Assembly: GCA_964016885.1 (NCBI GenBank)
Contig: OZ024741.1
Coordinates: 145,514,001-145,578,000, forward strand
From: Eledone cirrhosa
Taxonomy: Eukaryota
Length of the DNA stretch: 64,000 nucleotides
Direction: 5' to 3'
Under the pieces are notes generated by a model, which was not told the DNA's origin, made no database searches, and worked only from the letters and a program-made list of their open reading frames with translations. Positions 13,151 to 25,317 of this stretch are shown here, piece by piece. Both the position numbers and the translations under genes were made by a program. Position 1 is the first letter of the stretch; every line of letters starts with the position of its first letter.

Positions 13151-13350
13151 TGATTTTGGATGGCCATTGACTCTTAAGAGCTCCTTTGCTCTTTGACAGG
13201 TTTTGTTTTTAGTCCTGCAGGATGTCCAAAGTCACCCTCCTCACCAAGAAACCTTGGTGGGGTTGCCAGTTTAGTCGCCAATGACCCGACCATTAGACAG
13301 GTTGTACTGGGATACATGTTACCAGTAGCACCAACTGGTGACCTGACCAT
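12741..13350 (-). mobile_element. Bipartite non-autonomous RTE derivative (5' UTR plus C2H2 finger and 3' end)
   Basis: Minus strand has the RTE-type 5' UTR motif CTAGGAGAAGGAAAACTCTG, then CSVCTRVFKSLAGLKSHTRSAH*, a CTCG-AAAA-CGAG hairpin and a microsatellite tail; no RT between them. Confidence 0.75.
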
Positions 13351-13366
13351 ACATATATATACATAT

Positions 13367-13412
<46 letters not shown>

Positions 13413-13415
<3 letters not shown>

Positions 13416-15415
13416 AAGACAGGCAAGGCAGCTGAGCCTTCAGAGATAGTTGCTGAAATGCCAAAAGCATCTGGAATGGTGGGACACATTATGGTCACCC
13501 AGATAGTAAACCAAGTCATACAGAACGGGGTCATACCAAATGACTTGCGTAGCAGCATCATCATTAACTGCTACAAGGGTAAATGAGATGCACTAGATAG
13601 AGGAAACTATAGAGGCATTAAATTAATTGACCAGGTCATGAAGGTCACAGAAAAAGTTATAGCACAACTAATCAGAGAGCAAATTGATCTAGATGAAATG
13701 CAGTTCGGGTTTGTGTCAGGTAAAATTACCACAGACGCCCTTTTCCTTGTATGACAACTACAGGAGAAGTACCTAGCTAAAAGTAAACCCCTATACTTAG
13801 CTTTTGTTGATTTGGAGAAAGCATTTGACAGAGTCCCCTGCGCCATTATCTGGTGGGCCCTTAGAAAACTAAGGGTTGATGAATGTCTTGTGAGAGCTAT
13901 ACAAGCCATGTATAAAGAAACAGTCAGCAAGGTTAGAATTAACAACGAATATAGTGAAGAATTTAGCGTAAAAGTTGGTGTTCATCAGGGCTCTGTCCTT
14001 AACCCCCTCCTATTTATTATTGCCCTTCAGGCTATAACAGAGGAGTTCAAGACCGGCTGCCCATGGAAACTTCTATACGCAGATGATCTAACGCTCATAG
14101 CTGAATCGATGGATGAACTAGAGAAGAAATTCCAAACATGGAATCCTGGCCAAGAATCAAAAGACCTTAAAGTTAACTTGTCTAAGACTAAAGTTCTAGT
14201 ATGTAGGGAGGAAAATAGGGCACAGGTCCCCTCTGTGAAATGGCCATGCTCAGTGTGTAGGAAAGGAGTAGACAGAAATTATATTTTATGTCCCAAATGC
14301 AAAGTACGGGTGCATAAAAGATGTAGTGGGATCACAGGTAAGCTATCTAAGAACGTAGATTTTATATGTGGCCGGTGCTCAGGTGCAATAAGTAGCAAGC
14401 GCCCACAGGATACTAGCTCCTTCTATTGCCCAGATGGCTCTATAGAAATAGTAGACACCTTCCGTTACCTGGGTGACAAAATCAGAAGTGGTGGAGGGTG
14501 CTCAGAAAGTACAATAGCCAGAGTCAGAACGGGATGGAAAAAGTTCAGAGAGCTTATACCACTATTGGCCGCTAAAGGTTTCTCTCTAAAAATGAAAGGC
14601 AGACTGTATGATGCCTGCATACGAACAGCTATGTTACATGGCAGTGAGACATGGGCATTGTGTGAAGAGGATCTGTGCAGACTGGAAAGGAACAAAGCAT
14701 GCATGCTCCATTGGATGTGAAATAGTAATATACGTGAACAGCAAAGCATAAATGAACTAAGTGAGAAATTAGGTATATGAGGGATCAGATGCTGTTTACT
14801 CGAGAGAAGACTACTTTGGTCACGTGATGTGCATGAAAGACGATAGCTGTATAAAAAAGTGCAGGGCGATCAAAATTGACGGAAGTTACGGAGTAGGCAG
14901 ACCCCAAAAACCTGGGACGATTTGATAAATTCTGACCTTTCACACTTACACATCCCTAAGACAATGTCACTGGACCGAGATCTTTGGCGCTATGCTATAA
15001 TACAGAAAACCCGCCTTGCCTATGTACAAAGCAAAACCTACAGTCAGTAGGTACCTCTTAATCAAATATACACCCCTCCCACTACCCCCACGCCCATCAA
15101 CACCACCCCTTTCTCTGTAAAGTTATCTTGGTACCACAACATCCACTCCTAAATAAATGAGGTTGTGTAGGTGTCACGACAAAAAACACACAGTCCACGC
15201 TGTAATGTGGCCATGTAGTAACACGGTAAAAACTTCCCAGTCCTCACTGTAAATGTGGTTGGTGTTACGAAGGGCATCCAGCTGTAGAAAACCTGCCAAC
15301 CAGTCCCATACGAGCGAGACGACCAATCTTGCCTCAAGTAGGACAATTCCTATCTAAACCCATGCTAGCGTGGAAGATACACGTTAAACAATGATGATGA
15401 TGATGATGATGATGA
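13413..15415 (+). mobile_element. 5'-truncated RTE-clade LINE with Cys-rich insert and (GAT)n tail
   Basis: NYRGIKL, QFGF, FVDLEKAFDRVP, GVHQGSVL, LLYADDL, WPCSVCRKG...CPKC...HKRCSG...CGRC, FRYLG, GRP..TW; tail at 15391-15415. Confidence 0.93.
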
Positions 15416-15982
15416 TACATATATACATATATATATAAATATATATATATATATACACACACACATCTGTCTATCTATATATACATACATGTATGGGGGC
15501 TGATGGCAGTAAAATAGTGTTATTGCTGCTGTTGTTGCTGCTGGTTGTGGTGGCTGTGGTAGTGGCGACTGCTGGTTGTGGTGGATGATTGTGGTGTTGG
15601 TGGAGGTGATGATGTTTGTAGTGGTGGTGAAATTGACAATGATGATAATGATTATAATGTTGTTGGCTCCATTTTGAAAGAAATGTCTAATTTTACTCCA
15701 ATAATCAGCAATGTGTCTCTCTTCAAGCAAGTGATAGTATTAGAGTGTTAAGAAAGTTCTATTATATTCCAGAGATTTCCTCATGACAGTTGTTGCCAAT
15801 TAATTAAATTTCTCATTAAGTTTTACGGTCTGCTAAGAATGGCAAATATAATCTTTTTTTTCTTTTACGACAGATGCCAGCAATTCTTGACTCTTTGTTC
15901 TGCTTTGTTTCATAGTAAACATGGAATGGAGAAATTCCATTCCTTGTTATCACAGAAATTTAAAATTTACTCAAATTTCTGG

Positions 15983-16390
15983 TTTAACCCTTCTGATACC
16001 AAATTGCCTGAAATCTCCCTCAGTTTGACAATACAAAACAGTTTGTTTTATAGGCTTCATATTTATTTTTAAAAAACTTTCATTATAATTCCATGTAAGA
16101 ACCTTTATTAAGTTGCTCTAAACATCAGTTTCATCATGAGAAAATTAGTTATATAACTATATCCCTCCAAATTGTTGATTGTTTTCAAAAGTATTTATAT
16201 ATATGTAGAGTTTTCAATAAAATTATGGTAAAGAAAAGATTAATGTGGAAACATTTAGCCCTTTCAATACTAAACTGTCTGGAAATATCCCCACTTTATC
16301 GAAAACACTTCCAGCCTTTGCTTAATTGTTCCAAACTCCAGCTCATAATGAGAGAGTTTGTTGTATCACTAAAATCCTCCAAATTCATGA
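15983..16390. mobile_element. Fragments of a TTAA-flanked (piggyBac-like) MITE family
   Basis: TTAACCCTTCTGATACCAA start; complementary to the ends of the units at 18835-19455. Confidence 0.4.
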
Positions 16391-16402
16391 TTATTATTAT
16401 AT

Positions 16403-16590
16403 GTGAATTGGCAGTATTGGTAGAGGGTCGGACATGCTTTCCAGCATAGTTACGTCCCTTTACGGTCTGAGTTCAAATCCGGCCGAGGTTAACTTTGCCT
16501 TTCATCCTTACGGGGTCGATAAAATAAAGTACCAGTAATGTACTGGGTCATTTCTGGCCTTGTGCCTAAACTAGAAACAATTATTATATA
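16403..16590 (+). mobile_element. tRNA/Deu-like SINE copy
   Basis: Near-identical to 8248-8449. Confidence 0.85.
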
Positions 16591-16905
16591 TTGTAGGCAG
16601 TACCTTCCTTAAATATATTAATGAAAGGGTCAGTACCAGAGATTTCTTTCAGATGATTCCTACATTCATTCATTTGTTGAGCCCTTAATTCCTGATGGTG
16701 TTATAGGGGAGGTGGCTCAATTGTGACATATAAATGTTACCTGGATATTTTAAAATCTGGCAGATATGACTATCCATCTGTAGTTATGACCACTTGATCA
16801 CAGTTGATTTCTTTCATTGAGCTTTTCTTTTCTACTGAGAAACATAAGCATCATACATATTTATATTTTGTGATACCTTAAATTACTATATATATATATA
16901 TATAT

Positions 16906-16906
<1 letters not shown>

Positions 16907-16936
<30 letters not shown>

Positions 16937-17176
16937 CCGTTTTACGTCCGTTCTTCCATGCTAGCATGGGTTAGACGGGTTGTCCTGTTGTGGGCATTGT
17001 CTGGTTGGCTAACCATGCCTTGCTCATACAGGAACTGATTTTGGCTTGGTTTCTACAGCTGGATGCCCTTCCTAACACCAACCTCATTTACAGTGAGTGC
17101 TGGGTGCTTTTTTCCGTGGCGCCTACACGTCCACTTTACAGTGTGGGCTGGGTGCTTTTTTGCCGTGGCACCTCCA

Positions 17177-17178
<2 letters not shown>
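16907..17178 (-). mobile_element. RTE-related short element / 3' end with (TGA)n tail
   Basis: (tca)n then cgttttacgtccgttcttccatgctagcatggg...ctacagctggatgcccttcctaacaccaacc; homologous to 15150-15415 and 30225-30480. Confidence 0.75.
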
Positions 17179-17216
<38 letters not shown>

Positions 17217-17262
17217 ATAATAACTATGAAGACCAAAATCTGAAGAGGGCTCAATAAGGATT

Positions 17263-17523
17263 GTATACATGGTGGCTGCCAACTCGTTTTCGAGTACGGC
17301 CACTACTTTATATCCATGTAGGAGAACCCCTACCGATGCGCTAAACGAGTGTGACTTTCCAGTCCAGCCAGCGACTTGAAAACTCGGGTACAAACACTAC
17401 ACTTGTGACAATTATTGACACATAGTGCTGGGCCCATGGTACCATATCACGACAAGTGCAGAGAGATCTCCAGATATAAAGCAATGCCTGTGCCGTGAAG
17501 CTTTTATAGTGAGCAAAGGCACT
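17263..17523 (-). mobile_element. Dispersed 5'-truncated copy of the 454-bp array unit (C2H2 finger and 3' end)
   Basis: Direct similarity to 10471-10725. Confidence 0.9.
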
Positions 17524-17914
17524 ATACATACGTATATACATACGTACATACATACATACATATATATATGTACAAGCAAAACATGGTCTCCTGACCAATC
17601 TTGGCTCAAGTGGGACAAAACTGTCCAACCAATGCTAGTGTGGAGATAGATGTTAAATGATGATGATGATGATGATGATGATGATAATGATATATATATA
17701 AACTCATAGAGCAAATATTTATTATTAGTACAATTTAAAGTTTAAGCAAAGAATTTCTGCTTTCCCCCTATTCTTTGTTTCAGAAGTTCCTGTGACTGTA
17801 CTAATAATATATATATATATATAGAAAGAGAAATAGAGAGAAAAGGGTGAGAGAGTGGTGGTAGAAAGAGAATTGACAAAGAATAATGATGATGATATAT
17901 ATATGTAATGAACT

Positions 17915-18050
17915 TCCCTGTAGTTTCTGCCTACTAAATTCACTCAGAAGGCATTAATTGGCACATATCACTTAACCAAAGTGTCATGCAGTGGTACTGA
18001 ATTTAAAACTACCCAGTTCCAAAGTGAATTTCTTAACAACACAAGTAATC
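17915..18050 (-). mobile_element. Decayed tRNA/CORE-like SINE (second SINE family)
   Basis: Similar segments at 57110-57230, 57285-57450 and 61560-61700 (aaattcactcacaaggc...cacttgcc...gtgcaatgctgtg...ttcttaaccacaca). Confidence 0.5.
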
Positions 18051-18834
18051 CTGTGTCTTTAATTTATTATAAAGGAGACTAGAATGAAATCAGTCACAGA
18101 CACACTAAGAAGTAATTGATAGAGATTGTGTAGGAAAGGTATCGTGTTATAGAAACCATGCCTTTATATGGAATGTATAAACAAGACTTGGTTATCCAAC
18201 CTTGTGTGGTCATAGACCTTGATGACCTATCCTACTCATGCCAGCATGGAAAACATGTAAAATGACGATAATGATGATGTGAATTTTATATGAAACATTA
18301 GATATAAATCTTATTATTAGAAAAATGTTGGCCATACATAATAACTGGAATTTCGTATAAGAAATTAATAGTTGCTGTAAAAATTATAAGTACGTACCTT
18401 AGCTTCTGATTATATAAGACTGAACACTTGAATGTTTTCAATTGATATAACCTTTTCTTTCAGCAAAAGCAATAGAGTACACAATCTAATTAGTGCTTTC
18501 TTGCAATTTAATTAGTGTTTCTGTAAGTAATTTTTTAATTTGTTAACAGTTTGTACAGAGTCTTCAATTAAGAAGTTAAATGGCTTCTGGAGTTCTAACA
18601 ATGTAAATTAATTCAGCTTTCGCAATACAACATTTCAAGAAACCAACAGGAAGAGTAATTATTCTTTTATTGTGACGAGATTGTGGAGCTGAGAGTAAGA
18701 ATACTTTTGTTTATGGTAGAAAAACAAAAACAAATGAACAACAAAAATAGAAAAACAGAAGAACAATGGCTATAAAGTTGACCTTTGTTGCAGAAAATAT
18801 TTCCTACATAAGTAAGTGCTAAAGAAAAACATAC

Positions 18835-19455
18835 CACTTTCATAACCATATTTCTAATGAAAGATAAAATACATTTTAAAATAATTTTGAAAAATAATCA
18901 AGAATTTGAAGGAATTTAGTCATATTTTCAGTATTAAGCAGGTGTTTAGAGTATAATTTAACAAAGATTCTTACATAGAATTATGACAGAAGGTTTTTAG
19001 ATAAATAATCTAAAGGGTTTAACCCATTTGTTGTTATATTTCTAATAAAAGACTGCCTATTATTTTCATATATGTTTGAAAATAATCAGAAATTTGAAGG
19101 ATTTTGTGATATAAATTTTTCTTTATTTATCTTTTGCTTGGAGCACAACATAACAATGTTTCTAAGATAAATTTTGAGATGAAGGCTTTTAAATAAATAT
19201 AAAAACTAACTCTTTCAGTATCATATTTCTAATGAAAGGCACTGCCTGTTATTTTCAAATAATTTCATAAAATAATCAAGAATTTGGAGGAATTTGGTTA
19301 TATCAATTTATCATTATTAAGCTGATGTTTGAAACATAACTTAACAAAGATTCTTACAAAAATACATATTTTAGAAAAATATATATACTTTAAAACAAAC
19401 GGCTTGTTTCATGAAACTATGGGCATTTTAGGTGATTTGATATCAAAAGGGTTAA
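18835..19455. mobile_element. Three tandem diverged ~190-250 bp MITE-like units with CCCTTT/AAAGGG ends and TTAA junctions
   Basis: Repeated aaaataatcaagaatttgaaggaattt core; aaagggtttaacccattt junction near 19013-19030; aaaagggttaa at 19445-19455; another copy near 20190-20400. Confidence 0.55.
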
Positions 19456-20709
19456 ATGCAATGAAAGCAAGGTTTAACTAAAAGTAAAGTGTGTCTGCTG
19501 AAAAATATCTCTAACAGTCAAATAGATATATCAGTGGAGAAAAATGATAAGGAGGGTTTATACAGAAGTGAGCCAGGCACCTGGCATGAACAAATGATAA
19601 CAGATGAACAAAGCTATGTATAGATTGGAGACCAAAGAGAAGAGGGGTGAATAATAGAAGAAGGCAGAGGAAATATGGAGAAAAGAAATTGATAAGTTTA
19701 TGGATGTTGCATTGATCAGAGAAACATAAGAGAGGTACAATTGGCACTGGCTTGCACAAGCCTTCACCTGCCTTGCAGTAGGCAGATAATGACTGAGGGT
19801 GACAATGGTGAGAATAATAATGAACAAAATGATCCAATAGCATCCCACAGACTAGTTTTATGGACCAGAGATTCAACCTATAAAATACATAGTGATGAAA
19901 GAATGGGAGATAATAGTATAAGGCATACCTAAGAAATAAAGATGCTAAATGAAAGCATAAAGAAAGATATATTTGAAACAATGAGAGTGGGAGGCTTTGT
20001 GGGAGGAATTGCTAAAGAGTGCCTCAGTACCAAAATGATATAGGAGAAAATATCTGAAAAGACAACATGTAGAATCGATGCAATGTAAGATTAGTGAACA
20101 AGGAAAAGAAAAGGTGCAAAAGAATGAAAGATATATACATTGTATATCCAAAGAAGACTTGTAGAGAGGGCATTGGTGAAGATTGTAAAATTGTTAATCC
20201 ATTCATTGCCAATGTACCCGAATTAATTGATGAAGCATTTGAGGGAATTACTAACATTATCAATTATTTCATTATCAAGAAGGTATTTGAAATATAACTT
20301 AACAAAAGGTTCTAACAACAAATTAATTTGAAAGACTTTAATTTAAATAGGAACCATTTACAATGGATGGCATTGTGGTGGTTTAATATCAAAATGGATA
20401 AATCTAATATTGTTAATGTCAAATATGATGACAGTTAGATTGTTTTAGGTTCTGAAATTGGAAAAAAGATGGTTGTATTCTTTATCGATATATTTTTCAA
20501 CTGAGACAGTAGTACTGACGAATGGTTAAGAAGTTTGCTTTGTAGTCATAATGTTCTGGGTTTGATCCCACAGTGTTTAATTTTACTTTTTTTATTTTTC
20601 AACTATATCATATATTTGTATGTTGTTTATGCACTTATATGCATTTAGATGTATGTATTTATGTATCTGTCCATCTATCCACCAGTCTCCCACACTTTCT
20701 CTCTTCATA

Positions 20710-20862
20710 TTCATCATCATCGTCATTTAACGTCCATCTTCCACGTTTGCATGGGTAGGACGGGTTGTCCCTTTGTGAGGGATCAGGTCTGGAGACTGTG
20801 ATTTGCTCACACAGAACTGATTTTGGCTTGGTTTCTATGGCTGGATTCCCTTCCTAACACCA
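20710..20862 (-). mobile_element. RTE-related short 3' end
   Basis: (tca)n followed by tttaacgtccatcttccacg...ggctggattcccttcctaacacc. Confidence 0.65.
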
Positions 20863-20879
20863 AGAGTAATGATACTTAG

Positions 20880-20929
<50 letters not shown>

Positions 20930-21493
20930 GCTGAATGCACGTGTGTTTTTTATCAATTTGTTTCCCGTTCCTTTCTCTTTATCTTTCTATTTCATCTTTT
21001 ATTTTTCATTCTATCTTCTGATGAAGGACTAGTGTCCACAAGGTTAAAACTTTTCAAGCATTAAACTAATATATTTCTTCATTGTACTGTGTCGTTTGCT
21101 TTGTTTCTGTTTACTTTTTATATACATACACAAGCACATACACACACAAGCACACGCGCGCGTACACACATGCACACACACACACACACACACACTTATA
21201 TATATATATATATATATATATGAAAATATGGGTGAGAAGAATACTGCTGGTTGCACATGGATAACATGTTATAAAATGAGTCCGTCATCAGTGATTTACC
21301 AAACGATCATGGGTATTTCATCGCATTAAAAATCATATACCTCACGTTGGAGCGATAATAACTAAAATAAGTTATTAGGACAATAGAAACGCGTAAAGCG
21401 AGTGAGACAAGTAAACAACACAGGGGGAAGCTAACCAAAGATATTTGTGTATAGTGGTAGCTATGGTGCTTCCCTAGGCGGTATGCCAAAATT

Positions 21494-21692
21494 AGCTACA
21501 TGCTGGCGAAACATTTGTAACACGAAATAAACTAAGTCCAGATGCATCACTGATTTTTCGTTTTCTTGATAATATAAACACTCTACTCTGATCATCAGAG
21601 TAGAGTGTTTATATTATCAAGAAAACGAAAAATCAGTGATGCATCTGGACTTAGTTTATTTCGTGTTACAAATGTTTCGCCAGCATGTAGCT
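21494..21692. repeat. Perfect palindrome, 99-bp arms with 1-nt spacer
   Basis: agctacatgctggcgaaac...ctctactctgat-c-atcagagtagag...gtttcgccagcatgtagct, centred at 21593. Confidence 0.95.
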
Positions 21693-21752
21693 CGAGTCAT
21701 GGTGCTTGTATGGATCTGGCTGGTTCTACTTCTGCGGGTTCTTTCAGACACG
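21662..21752 (-). ncRNA. Type-I hammerhead-like motif (CUGAAAGA core variant, enlarged stem II)
   Basis: CGUGU-CUGAAAGA-...GCCAG...CUGGC-GAAAC-AUUU-GUA-ACACG. Confidence 0.55.
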
Positions 21753-22183
21753 GTTGTTATGTCAGGAGCAAATTTTATCACTGGGGTGTTGTCATCAAAA
21801 CAACACGCTTAAAAAACCCTCTATCCACTCTTGTCATGCCATTGGCTGTTTTTACTCCACGTCATCACAAGTTCTGGTCAGTATCTGCTGCCACACGGTT
21901 CATCAACCATTTTCCGTCCCATACATTTCAATGGAGTCATGCTGGATTCAGTACTTTACATTCTGCTCACACTTCAGGGTAAGCACCCGCACATACTAGA
22001 ATAAACACATAATAACACACACATATTCAGACACATACCTATCTATGCATTCACACTCATACGTCTACATGCGCAGACACCCACACGGCCACATACATAC
22101 ATCGCAGTATATATACTCACACATACGAACACATACATACATAAACATTGCCTACACACGTACCTACACACACACACACACAC

Positions 22184-22235
<52 letters not shown>

Positions 22236-22374
22236 CGAAGGAAATGTGGTAAGGAACCAGAAGGACCATAACGCACCAAAGTACTCAATACTTAGGGTAG
22301 TAGAGTGGGTAAATGTTTAGTCCAGAATTAGCCGTCGAAATGGCTTGAGCTCAGCCGTCGGGGTCCTACTCGTT

Positions 22375-22421
<47 letters not shown>

Positions 22422-22772
22422 ACACAAAAAAGGAAAAAGGACAACTTAACATGCATTCGCACATCCACGCATATACATACAAATACCCACGCATCGGCCA
22501 ATATACATACATCTACACATGCGTACGCATACATGCTGCCGCATGTATACACCTGCATGCATGCACATCTGCCTACACACACAGAAGTGCCACCGCATAT
22601 ACATGTACATATATAAACACACCTGTCAGTGAAGAGTTGGAAATACATTATGCAATAAAAAACAGTATAATAACATAAAACAGTATAATAACATAAAGCA
22701 GTGTAATAACATAAGAAAAATATACAATGAAATATATTATATACAATGTGGTATATATTTACATCCACACAT

Positions 22773-22838
<66 letters not shown>

Positions 22839-24060
22839 CCCCCTATTATACACACATACACGCACACACACGCACCTACGTATATATATACACACACGCA
22901 TACACAGACGCACACGTACACAGACTCATACGTACATATATGATAAAATAATACAACATGAATAATAATAATAATAATGAAAAAAAAACATATATAGTTC
23001 ATATATAAACATCCGCACACATTCCCAAGAGATGCACATGAACACATATATGTATGCACAAATACATATACACACATATAGAGGCCCGTAAATGCATGCA
23101 CCTGCACCTACACACACATCCATATATATACACCCATACACATCCACACATATACACACACACACCTACTCATATGTGGCTATACGTACTTACTCACTCA
23201 TACACATATAGACATATATATATATATGTATACATATATATGCTCAAATATAGACACACGTATACCCCCCCCCCCACATACACATACACTCACATATGTA
23301 TATATATATGCACATGTCTGCACATACAGGCGCGCATAAGCTCGTGCACCCACACACCCAAGCCCATAGACACACCCAACACCCACCCACGCATATATAT
23401 ATATACACATACATACGCATCTACACACGCACATATACCCACACACATGTGTCCACACATAAAAAAAACTCGTGAACATAAACACAAAATGATAATAAAA
23501 TAAAATATGTAAATAAATTTACAATATTTTAGGGTACATTAAATCTGTATGTAACTGCATAAAGAAGGTAAAGGAAAAGAAGGGGTAAAATAAAGGAACG
23601 GGTAAAATAAAAGAGAAAGAAAAAAGAAAAAAAACGGGGGGGTATATGAGAAGGTGCGTGCGTGCGTCCATGTGACGTACTACACACAGGTATTATGAGA
23701 TGCAGGCTCGTGTCCGTGTATACAACAGGTAACAGTAACAAAACAATGATATAACAATATTAACAATCACTGTTCCAATGTGGAATAGGTGTAGACTATA
23801 TAGTCACGATTGACGGTGTACACATTCAATATGACGCCCACCACGGTCGCCATGGGGCATGGCACCGTGTCTGGGGTGTGCTGTTCTAAACGTTTAGTGC
23901 ACAGGTCCATGCGGCAGTGAGCTCCGTGTCAGCCGGTCCTGGCCCATGCGGTGCATCTTCCAATGTTGCATGCCCGGTCACATGCGCACCCGGTCTACAT
24001 ATGATTGCCCCGCGGGTCGGACGTCGTCATCATGGTATGTCGTCAGGTCCCCTAACCCCG

Positions 24061-24550
24061 CTAGACCAATCGGGTCTGTACGTTCTCATTCTCGTGCCCC
24101 CTGGCTGCATCTCCCGGCGGATTCCATGCTGCAAAAGTGCATCTTCTCTGGTGTCTGCATGTCATGATAATTTCAGACTTCAGGTTGACGGCGTCATCCT
24201 TCAGTCTGACTATCTCCATGACCTCGTGTAGGCACAGTCGGCACTTTCTACTTCCGGCCGAATATGCACGCGGGTGGCGAACGATACTCCATTCCAGGGC
24301 GTATGGGGTGCCGTGGTCTTTCATGTCCCACACGAGGTCCGCTAACCTAGTGGAGTGCCTTTTGCTACGGTCCCTGAAGGAATTTGTGTGATTATACAAC
24401 CGCGATTTAAAGGTCGTGGATGTTGCGCCTATGTAGGTTCGATGCGCGTTCTGTGTCGTAACCACACACTTGTATACTAGGTCCTTCATTAAGCATTTTC
24501 CCTGTAGGGGGCACTGGGTGCCCGCTCTACAGTTGCAAATTCTGCTGTCA
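24061..24550 (-). pseudogene. Penelope GIY-YIG endonuclease C-terminal domain
   Basis: CNCRAGTQCPLQGKC...LVYKC...YIGATSTTFKSRLYNH...CRLCLHE...NLKSE...CRH. Confidence 0.9.
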
Positions 24551-24633
24551 ATCCTTAGTGTGTATATATATGTGTGTATACGCAGGTATGTATATATGTA
24601 TATATGTGAATGTATGAGCGTGTGTGTATATAC

Positions 24634-24665
<32 letters not shown>

Positions 24666-25163
24666 TTAAATGTATAGAAGGTTGGCCGTATATATGTGTG
24701 TGTGCGCGCATGTGTATGTGTATATATGTGTATGTTTGAATAGGACATGCTTACCCAATTGATACAGAACAGTCAGAAGGCTCGTGGCGGCATGTCTCAA
24801 CAAGTGTGTGTGAATGGGTCTATGGGAGTGAGGGAGAGAGGGTGTGTGAGTATATATACTGTGATGTATGCGTATGAGTGTGAATGCATAGATAGGTATG
24901 TGTCTGAATATGTGTGTGTTATTATGTGTTTATTCTAGTATGTGTGGGTGCTTACCCTGAAGTGTGAGCAGAATGTAAAGTACTGAACCCAGCATGACTC
25001 CATTGAAATGTATGGGACGGAAAATGGTTGATGAACCGTGTGGCAGCAGATACTGACCAGAACTTGTGATAACGTGGAGTAAAAACAGCCAATGGCATGA
25101 CAAGAGTGGATAGAGGGTTTTTTAAGCGTGTTGTTTTGATGACAACACTACTGACATAACACC

Positions 25164-25254
25164 CGTGTCTGAAAGAACACGTAGAACTAGAACCAGCCAG
25201 ATCCATACAAGGACCCTGACTCGAGCTACATGCCGGCGAAACATTTGTAACACG
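25164..25254 (+). ncRNA. Type-I hammerhead-like motif (inverted copy of 21662-21752)
   Basis: CGUGU-CUGAAAGA...GAAAC-AUUU-GUA-ACACG. Confidence 0.55.
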
Positions 25255-25317
25255 AAATAAACTAAGTCCAGATGCATCACTGATTTTTCATTTTCTTGAT
25301 AATATATATATATATAT

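Larger units (their letters stand above)
21494..25305 (-). mobile_element. Penelope-like element with inverted pseudo-LTRs and terminal palindrome
   Basis: GIY-YIG ORF remnant at 24061-24550; 21600-22068 is the reverse complement of 24866-25305; hammerhead-like motif in each repeat. Confidence 0.75.

Noticed and set aside
18464-18521. Segment with strong acceptor and GTAAGT donor
   Set aside because: Stops in all three frames and no other support.
19511-20297. ORFs in a purine-rich segment
   Set aside because: No recognisable motifs; probably a very old repeat.
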